Source: a virus (taxonomy: Duplodnaviria; Caudoviricetes). From it: a stretch of DNA of 35,703 bases. This document shows, piece by piece, positions 1 through 9,266 of the stretch. The notes under the pieces were generated by a model. It saw nothing but the letters and a program-made list of their open reading frames with translations, searched no databases and was not told where the DNA came from. The DNA lies in the IMG/VR virus record IMGVR_UViG_3300032218_002627, positions 1 to 35,703 of that record; one strand, 5' to 3'. Both the position numbers and the translations under genes were made by a program. Within the stretch, counting starts at the first letter, position 1, and the number at the start of each line of letters is the position of its first letter.

Positions 1-123
1 AAGTTACGTTAGCATTCCAGCCTGGTGCGTTAGATGCCAAGTTAGCATAGTAACCGATACGGACTTCGCCCGCGTCCGCATTACTTACACGGAGCATCTC
101 GAGTCCATCACCGTAGCGTAAAA
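1..123. repeat. Terminal direct repeat, copy 1 (circular assembly overlap)
   Basis: Bases 1-123 are identical to 35581-35703. The repeat lies inside the capsid ORF, which reads in frame across the join. Confidence 0.95.
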
Positions 124-1222
124 TTTGGGGCGATTCGCCCAAGCTATTCAATGTCCAAGTGTTCATTTGGAGCAAGTAGCCTTTTTGCGCTTGGCAATTG
201 CGATCCGGAAACACTTTGATCATGCTGTTTGCGCCGTTTACCATGATGCCTCTGAAAGCAATCTCAGCAGGGCCTTTCATGTCAACGTATTGAACTTTAG
301 AACCCAAGGATTTTTCTAGTGCCGCGTAGGTAGCAAAGTTGGTGATACAAACGTCAGGTTTGCCGCCTTCTCGTGCTAGCAGGCTAGAAGAATCAATCAA
401 AGATTCTTCGATGCTTTGAGCGGAACCATCGTAGCGAATACCAGCCAGACGAGTTACGTCTTGGCTACGGTCTACACCAAAGAAGCTATCGCCCGATGTT
501 GGGGATGCGTCTGGAAGCCAAGCAGCAAGGCCTTTTACTTTTGCGTTCACGTCACCTTGCACGAGAAGGAAGTCAGCAGCAGCCCAACCCGATGGCGTGC
601 CAGCTGCACCACCTAGCGCCGAGGCGGAAACAGTCACGGTGCCAAGGCTACGGTTAACAGCGATAACGTAACCTAGGGCAGCGCGTGGTGTCCCGCCATC
701 GGTCGCGTTAGCTTGCAGCGTTTGGTTAACTTCAAACTGAACAACGTCGGCGACGTTAGACAGCTGAATTACGCCAGAGGTGATGCTGCTAATGACACCA
801 ATCGAGCCAGTACCTGAGCGGAACAAAGCAGAAGCCAAGGAGTTGGTGATCGAACGGAATGCGCCGTCTACTACCAACTTAGCGCCTTCGAGGAACGACA
901 TTTTATCGGTCCGGGAAGCGAGCATCGTTTGGTTATCAATGGTAGCTAGCGAGTAGTCAGACACGCGAGTTAAGAGGAACGATTGGATTTGAACAGGAGA
1001 CTGGTTGCCTTGAGCGTTCGAGAACGTTGCCGAACGGCCTTGGGACACACCAGTGATGATTGGGACTGGTTTATACTTACCGCCGAAATCGGTCTTTTTA
1101 GGGACCAAAGCTAGGAACGGATTGTCAGCATAAACAAGGTTTTCTACTACCTGGCCGTCATATAGCTCCTTAAGAGCGGCATTCATGGCTGTAAGGTTTA
1201 AATAAGGTCCTACTGTTGGCAT
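1..1222 (-). CDS. Major capsid protein (about 410 aa; wraps through the origin to the stop at 35570)
   Basis: Translated by hand: ATG at 1222 after an AAGGGAG RBS, MPTVGPYLNLTAMNAALKELYDGQVVENLVYADNPFLALVPKK...VRIGYYANLASNAPGWNANVTFSV*. It follows portal and scaffold, has capsid size and is followed by a terminator. Confidence 0.88.
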   Translation of the reverse strand, partial: MPTVGPYLNLTAMNAALKELYDGQVVENLVYADNPFLALVPKKTDFGGKYKPVPIITGVSQGRSATFSNAQGNQSPVQIQSFLLTRVSDYSLATIDNQTMLASRTDKMSFLEGAKLVVDGAFRSITNSLASALFRSGTGSIGVISSITSGVIQLSNVADVVQFEVNQTLQANATDGGTPRAALGYVIAVNRSLGTVTVSASALGGAAGTPSGWAAADFLLVQGDVNAKVKGLAAWLPDASPTSGDSFFGVDRSQDVTRLAGIRYDGSAQSIEESLIDSSSLLAREGGKPDVCITNFATYAALEKSLGSKVQYVDMKGPAEIAFRGIMVNGANSMIKVFPDRNCQAQKGYLLQMNTWTLNSLGESPQILRYGDGLEMLRVSNADAGEVRIGYYANLASNAPGWNANVT

Positions 1223-1245
1223 CGTAATGCTCCCTTTTTAGTTAA

Positions 1246-2094
1246 TTAGAGATCAAGTGCAGCAAGCGCACGCGACATCCTATCGTTCTCCACCTTGGGT
1301 GAGACTAGGGACGGCGTTGAGCTTGTATAGTTTTGATTATTGAGAGTGCGGCGCGGCGCGGATGGATCTTGTTTCGCAATTGGTTGTTCAGCCGGTTTTT
1401 GAAAGCGTTGTCCTAGTTTTTTCGTTTGAAGCGATTTCTCAACCTGCTTTTCTAGGTACTTTTCAACTAATTCGCAGGCTTCCGGAATACTAAGAACTTT
1501 ATTCGTCTTTTCAAAATAGGCTTCCACAGTATCGTATACTAAGTCACTCGAATCATACAAGTTTGTCAGTTCGTACTCATCTTTTTTGGCACTAATGAAA
1601 TTGCTAATCTCGGTTTTAAATTCTGCGATCACTTGCACTTCGCGCTCAGCCGCCTGCCTTTTAGCAGCTTCCTCCCTTTCTTGGGCATCACGCTGGCGAG
1701 CACTTTCTACTTCATCAATCTTGTCCTGCAGCGCCTTAATTTGGCTTTCAGTCGAGACAGTATTGTTGTTCAGGATGAAATCGGTCAGTTCTTTATAGCT
1801 AAGCCCAGCATCCTCAAGTGCAGCCAGCGGATTAGAGCGGTAGCTGGCTTTCCTGCCTTTTACCTGTTCAATCTCGGCGCGTAGCTTTTCAACTTCACTG
1901 CGCTGACTCGCCAGAGCTTCCATTTGTGCTTTCAGCTCATGGCGCTGCTTTACAATCGCAGCTTCTTTTTTGGCCAGGAAAGCGAACCGATTGGCTCCCT
2001 CGGCGGGCTTTGACTGAGTTGCCGTTTCTTGTCCTTCTGCTAGTTCACTGACTTCCGGCGCGGCGGATTCAACCTGATTCTCAATAGTTTCCAT
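1246..2094 (-). CDS. Capsid scaffolding protein
   Basis: Acidic coiled-coil protein of 282 aa between portal and capsid, ending in a short helix (DRMSRALAALDL). Confidence 0.75.
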   Translation of the reverse strand: METIENQVESAAPEVSELAEGQETATQSKPAEGANRFAFLAKKEAAIVKQRHELKAQMEALASQRSEVEKLRAEIEQVKGRKASYRSNPLAALEDAGLSYKELTDFILNNNTVSTESQIKALQDKIDEVESARQRDAQEREEAAKRQAAEREVQVIAEFKTEISNFISAKKDEYELTNLYDSSDLVYDTVEAYFEKTNKVLSIPEACELVEKYLEKQVEKSLQTKKLGQRFQKPAEQPIAKQDPSAPRRTLNNQNYTSSTPSLVSPKVENDRMSRALAALDL

Positions 2095-2106
2095 AATTTC
2101 AAGTCC

Positions 2107-3993
2107 TTATGCTGCAGGCACGTTAGGCACTAATTCACTTGTCGGGGTCGGCATTGGCGCAGCTTGTGGCAAAGCTAGCTGCTGTTGAGCCATTGCTTGC
2201 TGCATTTGCATATCCTGAAGAGCCATTTGCATTAACTGATCAACTTCGCTGATGAAGTCTCGGAGCATTTGCAAGTTTTCTGCAGGAGCGCCATTAGTTT
2301 TGGCAAATGCCAAATATTGCAGTGCCAGTTCTTTTGCGAGCGGCAGATCATCGTCGGGCTCTGGATGATAAACTTTGCCATCATCCAAGATTTCTTCGAT
2401 TACTTTGTGCAGCCATTCCTCGGCACTGTCGCTTAGGTCTTCTGCTTGCTCAAGGTCCGGGAAATCTAGCAGCCTTCTGCCAGCGCGTGGGCTGATAAAT
2501 CCTGCCTGGATATATTCTGTAATCGTTTGTAGCTGGCCAGCTGGATCATCAGGCAAGCGAGATACCGGATAAATCTTAAGTGTGTATTCGTCGTCGCTGA
2601 GATGAATCTCTTTCCAGTCTAGTGTCTCAAGAAATTTTTTACCCGGAGCCGAAACGGGATACGATTTTTCGCGCTCAAAAATGTCTTTGACGCAATGAAT
2701 TGCGAGTTTTGCAATCTCAATAAAATAGCGTTCATAACTATGACCAACAGACATAAATCTTTCGGTTTCAATGTCGTTAAACTCTCTAAGTGCTTTACCC
2801 GAATTTAGTCCGGCTGGTTTTTGCGAGTTGGCTGATAGCTGCGATATCCCCGCCTGCTCAAATGCCTGATTCTTGAGTGTTCCAAGATGTGCATAGACTT
2901 CTGGTGGAACAATCGTCGGCGTCACATACTGGGGAGGTGTTCCAGTATAATTAATGATCACGCCAATGTCGTTACTCACGTGCTCTTTAACGATCTTACT
3001 GCCATGCTCAAGGAACACTTTGAAAGTGCCAGCCATGTGCATGCTGCGCTGAATCACCCACAAAATCTTATTGATTTCTAGTTGAATGTTTTGAATTTGC
3101 TCAGCAAGGCCTTGTCCCCAAAAACCGTAAAGACGGTCGGACCAATTCATGAATGCAAATGGAAAGTGATGCTTTGTGTATTTTTCCTTGAACAGAATCT
3201 TGCGATCAATAGCAAGTGTGTGCAGGCCGTCTGTGGCTTCTTTGCCTGATGGAAGGTGCCAGCTTTCTACAATAGTTATTTGGTCAGCGACGTTCTGGAA
3301 AGTTCCCGTTGTGTCGAGCACTGCAGCTTGTGCCTGTAATATGTCGTCCCGATGTTCGGGATACATAGCCAGAAGCACTCCGCGATCCACGTTTTTGATG
3401 CGGTGCATTTGTCTTGGATAGCCGTAAAAACTCTCCATTTGATCGACATAGATTTCACTGGGAATCACTCTCTCAAATTTGCAGCGCCCCTCATGCTCAA
3501 ACACATGAACGACACCGGAACCAAAGACCAAAACATCTTTCAACACTTGGGCCGTAAGCTTATAGATATCGTTTTCATAAAAAATGCCGTCAACGAATTT
3601 ATCTAGCTGCTTAGCTCGGCGCTGCACTTTCCAACTGGCACCCGATGTCACAAAAGCCGGTTTTGGTTTGTTCTTTGTGAGCTTGCTTATGAGTGTGTCG
3701 ATACATGATTGAATGACGTTATAGCTAACGCGGTCCTTTAGTGTTGCCTGCGTGCTTTGGATCTTAGAAAAGCTAAGGCCGTTGATGCCCATGATGTTTG
3801 TGTTGCCGTATAGACGCGCCGATATTTGGTACTGAGTTTGGCGCTTGGCATCACTGTTGGCAAGGCTAGTGCACGTGCCGACTATTGACTGAGCCATTTC
3901 AACATCGTTATCCATGAGCCACCACTTGCGGCTGGCGTCAACTGGCGTAACTACCTGATCTGCATTGTTAAAACTGCGATAGTCAATAGCCAT
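2107..3993 (-). CDS. Portal protein (podovirus type)
   Basis: 628 aa, downstream of TerL. Has portal-like segments (YNVIQSCIDTLISKL, WGQGLAEQIQNIQLEIN, SGKALREF) and a Gln-rich C-terminal helix. Confidence 0.85.
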   Translation of the reverse strand: MAIDYRSFNNADQVVTPVDASRKWWLMDNDVEMAQSIVGTCTSLANSDAKRQTQYQISARLYGNTNIMGINGLSFSKIQSTQATLKDRVSYNVIQSCIDTLISKLTKNKPKPAFVTSGASWKVQRRAKQLDKFVDGIFYENDIYKLTAQVLKDVLVFGSGVVHVFEHEGRCKFERVIPSEIYVDQMESFYGYPRQMHRIKNVDRGVLLAMYPEHRDDILQAQAAVLDTTGTFQNVADQITIVESWHLPSGKEATDGLHTLAIDRKILFKEKYTKHHFPFAFMNWSDRLYGFWGQGLAEQIQNIQLEINKILWVIQRSMHMAGTFKVFLEHGSKIVKEHVSNDIGVIINYTGTPPQYVTPTIVPPEVYAHLGTLKNQAFEQAGISQLSANSQKPAGLNSGKALREFNDIETERFMSVGHSYERYFIEIAKLAIHCVKDIFEREKSYPVSAPGKKFLETLDWKEIHLSDDEYTLKIYPVSRLPDDPAGQLQTITEYIQAGFISPRAGRRLLDFPDLEQAEDLSDSAEEWLHKVIEEILDDGKVYHPEPDDDLPLAKELALQYLAFAKTNGAPAENLQMLRDFISEVDQLMQMALQDMQMQQAMAQQQLALPQAAPMPTPTSELVPNVPAA

Positions 3994-3999
3994 ATATGA

Positions 4000-4230
4000 T
4001 TACTCCACTGGCGGTTTGGCGGCGATTTCTTCTTCGTATCCTGATGACCAGTATAATAGTTGGTCTTCCGTGGGCATAGCTTCATCGCCTAGTGTAGCAC
4101 CTGTGACATTGGCGATTGTAGGGATCACGGGCACAAACTCGACCTCTAGGCCATGGTACTTAAGCACCCTAATGTTTAAATGGCGGGCATACCCCAGCAT
4201 TTTAATGTATTCGCTCATTGGCCTATCCAT
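4000..4230 (-). CDS. Small hypothetical protein
   Basis: Likely ATG at 4230 with a GAGG RBS. Overlaps the MTase stop and fills the gap to the portal gene. Confidence 0.65.
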   Translation of the reverse strand: MDRPMSEYIKMLGYARHLNIRVLKYHGLEVEFVPVIPTIANVTGATLGDEAMPTEDQLLYWSSGYEEEIAAKPPVE

Positions 4231-5014
4231 GGTTTTCCTCAATTCTTTTTTTGGCTATTTCAAAATAAATTTCTGATATCTCGATACCTATAAATCGTCG
4301 GTCTAATTCTAGCGCGGCAACCCCAGTAGTACCGCTTCCCATAAATGGATCTAAAACTATATCGTCTTTATTTGACCAACTAACTATATGATCTACAGCG
4401 AGCTTTTCCGGGAAAATCGCGGGGTGTGTGAAGGCAGCTATGTCCTTAGACGATTTGTTAAATCCTGTAGAGTAGCCCCAAATATTTTGCCTAATCCCGT
4501 ACTCCGCAACAGGCTTGCCAGCTGCCCTGCTTGGTACGGTTGAGCCATCGGGCTGGCGTACAGTTCCAGACATTATCTGACCAGACAGCTTATTTTTTCG
4601 GTCTTTTATGGCATTAAAGCTTCTAATTTTCCCTTTTGACAAAACAAACATGAAGTCAAAGCCGTTGGGGTATTTTTTGTGACCGTATCTTGGAAATGCC
4701 GTATCTGTTTTATGGTAAATCATAGTGTCATGCAGATTTAGACCGCAAACGTCTTTAAAATATAAGGCTTGGCGAAAGCTCGTTCCTGTTTCAGAACCTT
4801 TAATAGTAGCGTCCCCAACAACCCAGACAATTACACCACCGTCTTTTATTACTCTCGTTAGCTCCATGGCTATTTTTTCAAACTCAAAAGAGTAACCATT
4901 ATAGTCTCGAAGGTTGTCATATGGTGGACTAGTCACTACTAAATCAACACTGCTATTTGATATTTCGCTCATCCGATCAAGGCAATCACCAAGCATCAAC
5001 GTTATATTATTCAT
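4223..5014 (-). CDS. Orphan N4-cytosine/N6-adenine DNA methyltransferase (beta class)
   Basis: GDCL, catalytic TSPPY, HPAIFP and SAM-binding DPFMGSGTTG, with motif IV before motif I. Confidence 0.93.
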   Translation of the reverse strand: MNNITLMLGDCLDRMSEISNSSVDLVVTSPPYDNLRDYNGYSFEFEKIAMELTRVIKDGGVIVWVVGDATIKGSETGTSFRQALYFKDVCGLNLHDTMIYHKTDTAFPRYGHKKYPNGFDFMFVLSKGKIRSFNAIKDRKNKLSGQIMSGTVRQPDGSTVPSRAAGKPVAEYGIRQNIWGYSTGFNKSSKDIAAFTHPAIFPEKLAVDHIVSWSNKDDIVLDPFMGSGTTGVAALELDRRFIGIEISEIYFEIAKKRIEENHG

Positions 5015-6488
5015 AGTCGGTTAACTCCGGCTCGGTCCACGTTGCCTGCCAGTGCGCGGGATCATCGCTGTTGTCATCTAATTCAGCTTTAAGCTGTGCT
5101 TCGATCTGCGCTATTTGCTGAGCCATCCATTCGTCCGAGCCAGCTTTGGGAAGTGGCTGCTCTACTACTTCCGCAATCCAATGCAGTGATTCCCGGTAGG
5201 CGTATAATACCGCATCGGTAATGTCTGAGTGATAGGCGTCGCTAACGACAAATTTGTCACCATTACTTTTACTCTTGTCGTATTCAACAAGCATGCAGTC
5301 TTGGGCAAAGATGCCATCAGGCTTTGCCTTAAACTTGCCTGTTCGAAGTGCATCATTCAGTAGCTCGATATATTCAAACTTGCGGGATTTCTCGGCTGCT
5401 TTGACAGGTAGGCCGTAGCGACGGCGCAGTTCCTCGACAATCTTTTTGCCGAGTCCGCCAGCATCGATCACAACGGCAACAGGCTTATATTTCATTACTA
5501 GCTTATCTAGTGCCTCGGCTAGCTCACCAATGCCTTGTTTGCGTCTAGTGCTTTCGTGCACCAGAAAGTTAGCACTAGAGACTTGCGGAGCGCCGGGATA
5601 ACGCATTGCCTGCGCCCAGCCAATAACAGCGATTGCGTCGGCATCGTCAAAGCCAAGGTCAACACCAATGACATAGCTGGCATCCGGTCCCAGCTGCGCC
5701 TGAGAGTAACCGTTAATGTCTGCCTCGTACCTAAAAACAAGGCTATTGCTATCGGTCACCCATTTACCAAAACATTCGCGCTGAATCTTTGCATCCTGCA
5801 GCGACACACCCATGCGCTTACAGTCTCTGACTATGAGTTCCATGGGGTTTTTACCTGACTTTTTTTCGAGCCAGGGGTTTTGGAGCATCGTCCAGCCGTG
5901 ATGACTCCAATTATTAGACTGACTAGACTGATAAAAAAAACCAACAGGCACAGGGCCAGGAGTGCCGATAAGGCATAGAGTTCCATCGTAATCGAACAGG
6001 GATTTTGCAAGCACATCATCAACAAGACTTTCTATGTAAGGCCGGAATGCCTGTGCTTCATCGATGTAGACTTTGACGAGTGGAAATCCCCGGTACTTCT
6101 CGATTTCAGTCTTATCCTTAGCTCCTGAAAAATAGATGATATGGCCATTTGGAAAGCGTATCGATAACTCGGTCTCATTCGGTATTCCTCCCAGTGCGTG
6201 CGCTCTATTAATATCAAGAATCTCAGCCCATATGATTCTCTTAGCATTCAGCCGCGAAAGCGTAATGTACAGGCTCGCGCACTTTGGACGCTTTAGTGCT
6301 GTGTCGAGCAGGTCGGCAGCACAGGCAATCGTCTTACCAGCACGCCTACTACATACGGCGGTCTTATAGTTTGCCTTATCGCGTATGAATGCGATCTGCT
6401 CGGGAAAGCAAAAGTTTTCAATGACAAACGGCGGAGGCCTTTTTGCAAGCTCCGCCATCGCATTTCTGATTTGCTCGTCTATTTCCAA
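5007..6488 (-). CDS. terL: Terminase large subunit
   Basis: Walker A SRRAGKT, Walker B VYIDEAQ, coupling motif IGTP, and RNase H-like nuclease motifs IGVDLG, VVIDAGG and HSDITDA. TTG start. Confidence 0.95.
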   Translation of the reverse strand: MEIDEQIRNAMAELAKRPPPFVIENFCFPEQIAFIRDKANYKTAVCSRRAGKTIACAADLLDTALKRPKCASLYITLSRLNAKRIIWAEILDINRAHALGGIPNETELSIRFPNGHIIYFSGAKDKTEIEKYRGFPLVKVYIDEAQAFRPYIESLVDDVLAKSLFDYDGTLCLIGTPGPVPVGFFYQSSQSNNWSHHGWTMLQNPWLEKKSGKNPMELIVRDCKRMGVSLQDAKIQRECFGKWVTDSNSLVFRYEADINGYSQAQLGPDASYVIGVDLGFDDADAIAVIGWAQAMRYPGAPQVSSANFLVHESTRRKQGIGELAEALDKLVMKYKPVAVVIDAGGLGKKIVEELRRRYGLPVKAAEKSRKFEYIELLNDALRTGKFKAKPDGIFAQDCMLVEYDKSKSNGDKFVVSDAYHSDITDAVLYAYRESLHWIAEVVEQPLPKAGSDEWMAQQIAQIEAQLKAELDDNSDDPAHWQATWTEPELTDYE

Positions 6489-6489
6489 A

Positions 6490-6807
6490 TTAATACACCG
6501 GCGGGAATAGTTCGATTGCGGTGATAATACCTAGCGGTACGATATAGTGTCGGTCACCCAGCGTAATGCGGACACCATGCGGACACATGACAATGTCTGC
6601 CTTGTCCTTTTCGTGATCGACGCTATTGCGGACAATCATTCCAAGATGCACACCCTGATGAAAATGAACGCGCTTTACACGATCAATATGCGTATGCCTC
6701 ATCACTGATGCTGCATCGACTAGTTCGTCTAGTGTTGGCTCATCGCCTTGTGGCATTAGGCTTGATTTTGACGGCCTACCGCGCCGTCGGCTCGTGTAAG
6801 TCTCCAT
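6490..6807 (-). CDS. Hypothetical protein with N-terminal AT-hook-like motif
   Basis: RRRGRPSK at the N-terminus; tightly packed in the operon. Confidence 0.6.
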   Translation of the reverse strand: METYTSRRRGRPSKSSLMPQGDEPTLDELVDAASVMRHTHIDRVKRVHFHQGVHLGMIVRNSVDHEKDKADIVMCPHGVRITLGDRHYIVPLGIITAIELFPPVY

Positions 6808-7238
6808 ACATCTCCATTTAACAAGTAAGGATTGTAAACAAACTGGGTGTAATGCCGCGTTATATTGGCGGCATCATAAGTTAGGTGCGTGAAATAGATA
6901 TCGCTGTTGGCGTCAAACACACTCTCGACCAGATGACGAGCCATGCCCATACGGCGGAATGCCTTTTTCACGTATATGTAGTGCACAGTCTCGGGCTCAA
7001 AATTGCCAAGGATAAAACCGAACACAACATCGGGGTCGTCTTTGAGCACGGCCATCCGGCAGAATGCGCCTTCCTGCCTCATTGCTTTGCCAATGATGTA
7101 GTGGTGTGAGTCGTAAAAAATGGGATCTGCGATGAGCCGAGTATGCGGGCTTCCATGCTTATAATGGCTGAGCACTGACTTAAAAATGAAATTGCGATCA
7201 CTGATTTGCATGTCACGAATCAAAAGATCGTCGTTCAT
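6756..7238 (-). CDS. GNAT-family acetyltransferase
   Basis: VFGFIL strand followed by the acetyl-CoA-binding motif A, HYIYVKKAFRRMGMARHLV. Confidence 0.8.
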   Translation of the reverse strand: MNDDLLIRDMQISDRNFIFKSVLSHYKHGSPHTRLIADPIFYDSHHYIIGKAMRQEGAFCRMAVLKDDPDVVFGFILGNFEPETVHYIYVKKAFRRMGMARHLVESVFDANSDIYFTHLTYDAANITRHYTQFVYNPYLLNGDVWRLTRADGAVGRQNQA

Positions 7239-7621
7239 TTTTGTCCCTCTAGTTGAAGTTTATCCTTCACAAAAACGATCAATTCTTGTGTGCTCATGCT
7301 CTTAAATTTGTCTTCATCAAACTGCTCATCGGGCAGCTTATCGCGCCATTGGCACAGGTTTTTAAGGCAAAAGATGAGCATGACGTTATCGCCCTTCTCA
7401 GCCTTTTGAATCGCAGTGCGAATCAACATAAACCGAGTGTGGACCATATTTTGATCGCGGAATTCAGAAAAAGTGCAATTCCAATTGGCTCTTATGTAGT
7501 TTTCTATGGTGCTGGGATCGCACTCGAAGAATGCGGCGGTATCTTTTAGGGTGGGCTTAAAGCGCATGATCTCTTTAAGCTGAGTATCGTTAAAAACGAT
7601 GGGCTTTCTACCCATGACCAT
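7235..7621 (-). CDS. terS: Terminase small subunit
   Basis: N-terminal GRKP, HTH-like TLKDTAAFFECDPSTI, and KAEKGDNVMLIFCLKNLCQWRDK typical of TerS; lies upstream of TerL. Confidence 0.75.
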   Translation of the reverse strand: MVMGRKPIVFNDTQLKEIMRFKPTLKDTAAFFECDPSTIENYIRANWNCTFSEFRDQNMVHTRFMLIRTAIQKAEKGDNVMLIFCLKNLCQWRDKLPDEQFDEDKFKSMSTQELIVFVKDKLQLEGQK

Positions 7622-7643
7622 ATGACAATATCTCGCATGTATT

Positions 7644-7925
7644 TCAATTTAGAGGACCAACGGGCTTTTTAACGTCCGCGCATTCAGCTTCATCGACTAG
7701 GCTATTATAAAACATAACGATACGACAAATTATCTCGTAAGCCCCTACACTCATTAGATAATTATGATATAGCTCGTCCGTTTTGTATTTGGTGCTTTCC
7801 GTGTCATCCGGGTATTTGACCTCTAGGGCCAACTCGCGCTCGTTAACAACTTCAGCTGCGCCCTTGACTAGTTTGTATAGATATTCTGCAAACCTATCGC
7901 TCGCATCGTCTAGTTGTTCGGTCAC
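7644..7925 (-). CDS. Hypothetical protein
   Basis: GTG start with AGGAG RBS; co-directional packing. Confidence 0.65.
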   Translation of the reverse strand: MTEQLDDASDRFAEYLYKLVKGAAEVVNERELALEVKYPDDTESTKYKTDELYHNYLMSVGAYEIICRIVMFYNSLVDEAECADVKKPVGPLN

Positions 7926-7934
7926 GTTTGTCTC

Positions 7935-8147
7935 CTAAAACGTCGGCTTTCCGCATTCTGTTAGGTAGCCGGTGATCTCGTAATGCCGATATCCTTCGTT
8001 TCTAACTGCGCGATGAAATGCTTTTAGAACATCGCTAATGCGCGGAACGATAACGACTTTGCCGTCTGATTCCATTTCGTGGAACCTGCCTTTTGTGTAT
8101 TTAAAAAGCACCAAAACTTTCATTCCAGTACCCTCACTCTGCCGCAT
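7935..8147 (-). CDS. Hypothetical protein (true start probably the internal MKVLV)
   Basis: Co-directional ORF filling the operon. Confidence 0.55.
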   Translation of the reverse strand: MRQSEGTGMKVLVLFKYTKGRFHEMESDGKVVIVPRISDVLKAFHRAVRNEGYRHYEITGYLTECGKPTF

Positions 8148-8314
8148 CTAATGCATTTACAAACGTATTTGCCTTGTAGCGATATTGGGAATGATAACAC
8201 AGGCTTATAATAGTGGTCACAAAAGAGGGATGAAACAATTTCTTTAATCGTCGGTGCGAAGTATATGGCGAGCGCCATAAAGGGCAATAAGTGCAGCATC
8301 GACAATCCCATCAT
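8120..8314 (-). CDS. Small membrane-anchored protein with C-x-H...CxxC zinc-binding pattern
   Basis: Hydrophobic N-terminus, then FCDHYY...YVCKCIRCG. Start codon uncertain. Confidence 0.5.
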   Translation of the reverse strand: MMGLSMLHLLPFMALAIYFAPTIKEIVSSLFCDHYYKPVLSFPISLQGKYVCKCIRCGRVRVLE

Positions 8315-8708
8315 GTAACCTTCCTTTCGGTGTCCTTATGCTGACTATCGAATCAGGAAACAGTCTACAAAAAGCTTCGGCACTCCGTGCTTTTGGATCA
8401 CCTTCGCTCGTTCCTATGTGTAGTTTGGCCGTCCATATTGCTGGTCTGATGAGAGTATAGGGTATGCGGAGGCATGTCAGCACGCCGATTAGTTCGCCGT
8501 AGCCTTGGGCATACGTGAACGTTGATTTCACTGATTGGCGCGGCATTGACTGCGCTTTTTCGAGGATTACATGCTCGGGATCGAGGAAAGATAAAAACTC
8601 GTGAAGGTCGGCGGCGGTGACTGATTTGCCGATGGCTTGGATTTTATGTGTGCTGGCATCGATAGCGACAAAAGCGCCTTTTTGACCGGGGTCGATGCCT
8701 ATGATCAT
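8244..8708 (-). CDS. RuvC-like Holliday junction resolvase
   Basis: IIGIDPG, VILEK, IRPAIW and HDGIVDAALIA acidic catalytic motifs. Confidence 0.88.
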   Translation of the reverse strand: MIIGIDPGQKGAFVAIDASTHKIQAIGKSVTAADLHEFLSFLDPEHVILEKAQSMPRQSVKSTFTYAQGYGELIGVLTCLRIPYTLIRPAIWTAKLHIGTSEGDPKARSAEAFCRLFPDSIVSIRTPKGRLHDGIVDAALIALYGARHILRTDD

Positions 8709-8712
8709 GTCG

Positions 8713-8925
8713 CTATTCCTTCATTAAGTTGTCCACATACGCCAAATGTATCTTACGCAGATCATCCATCAACTCGTTACTAGCTAACCATTTTCCAGCG
8801 GCAATGTGACAGCGTTTTTCGTATGTCTCATCGACTTCAGAGCGCACTTCTTGGTCATACTCAGCGTGATATTCGTGTTGTCTTTTGCCTATAAAGTTAA
8901 CGATATCATGAATTTCCATCTTCAT
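8713..8925 (-). CDS. Hypothetical protein
   Basis: Overlapping operon ORF with a GGAG RBS. Confidence 0.6.
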   Translation of the reverse strand: MKMEIHDIVNFIGKRQHEYHAEYDQEVRSEVDETYEKRCHIAAGKWLASNELMDDLRKIHLAYVDNLMKE

Positions 8926-9226
8926 TGTCTTGCTCCAATAGTTTTAGAATGGCTTTTGCTTCTGCTAGGCGGGCTTGCATGAGGTGATGCCGCACTGAAT
9001 AGGCAATGTTGTCGGACAACATTTTGGCAGCCATCTTTTCAACTTCCTGATTTAACTCGTAAATTCTTTGTATAATTGTCGGACTAAAGTTGTCGGACAT
9101 CTTTTGAGTTGTCTGGGATTTTTGGATAACTGGCCCAGGGTCGGGTACTTTTAGTCCAAGGTCGGGTACTCGCTCGGGTTCTTTTTGCTCGGCTTTAAAC
9201 CGTTCCCATTTTTCTGTCAGAGACAT
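8906..9226 (-). CDS. Hypothetical protein
   Basis: ATG with GGGA RBS; helical C-terminal half. Confidence 0.65.
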   Translation of the reverse strand: MSLTEKWERFKAEQKEPERVPDLGLKVPDPGPVIQKSQTTQKMSDNFSPTIIQRIYELNQEVEKMAAKMLSDNIAYSVRHHLMQARLAEAKAILKLLEQDNEDGNS

Positions 9227-9266
9227 ATATTCCCGCTAGTTATCTGCTTAGTTCTTATCTCTGCGT

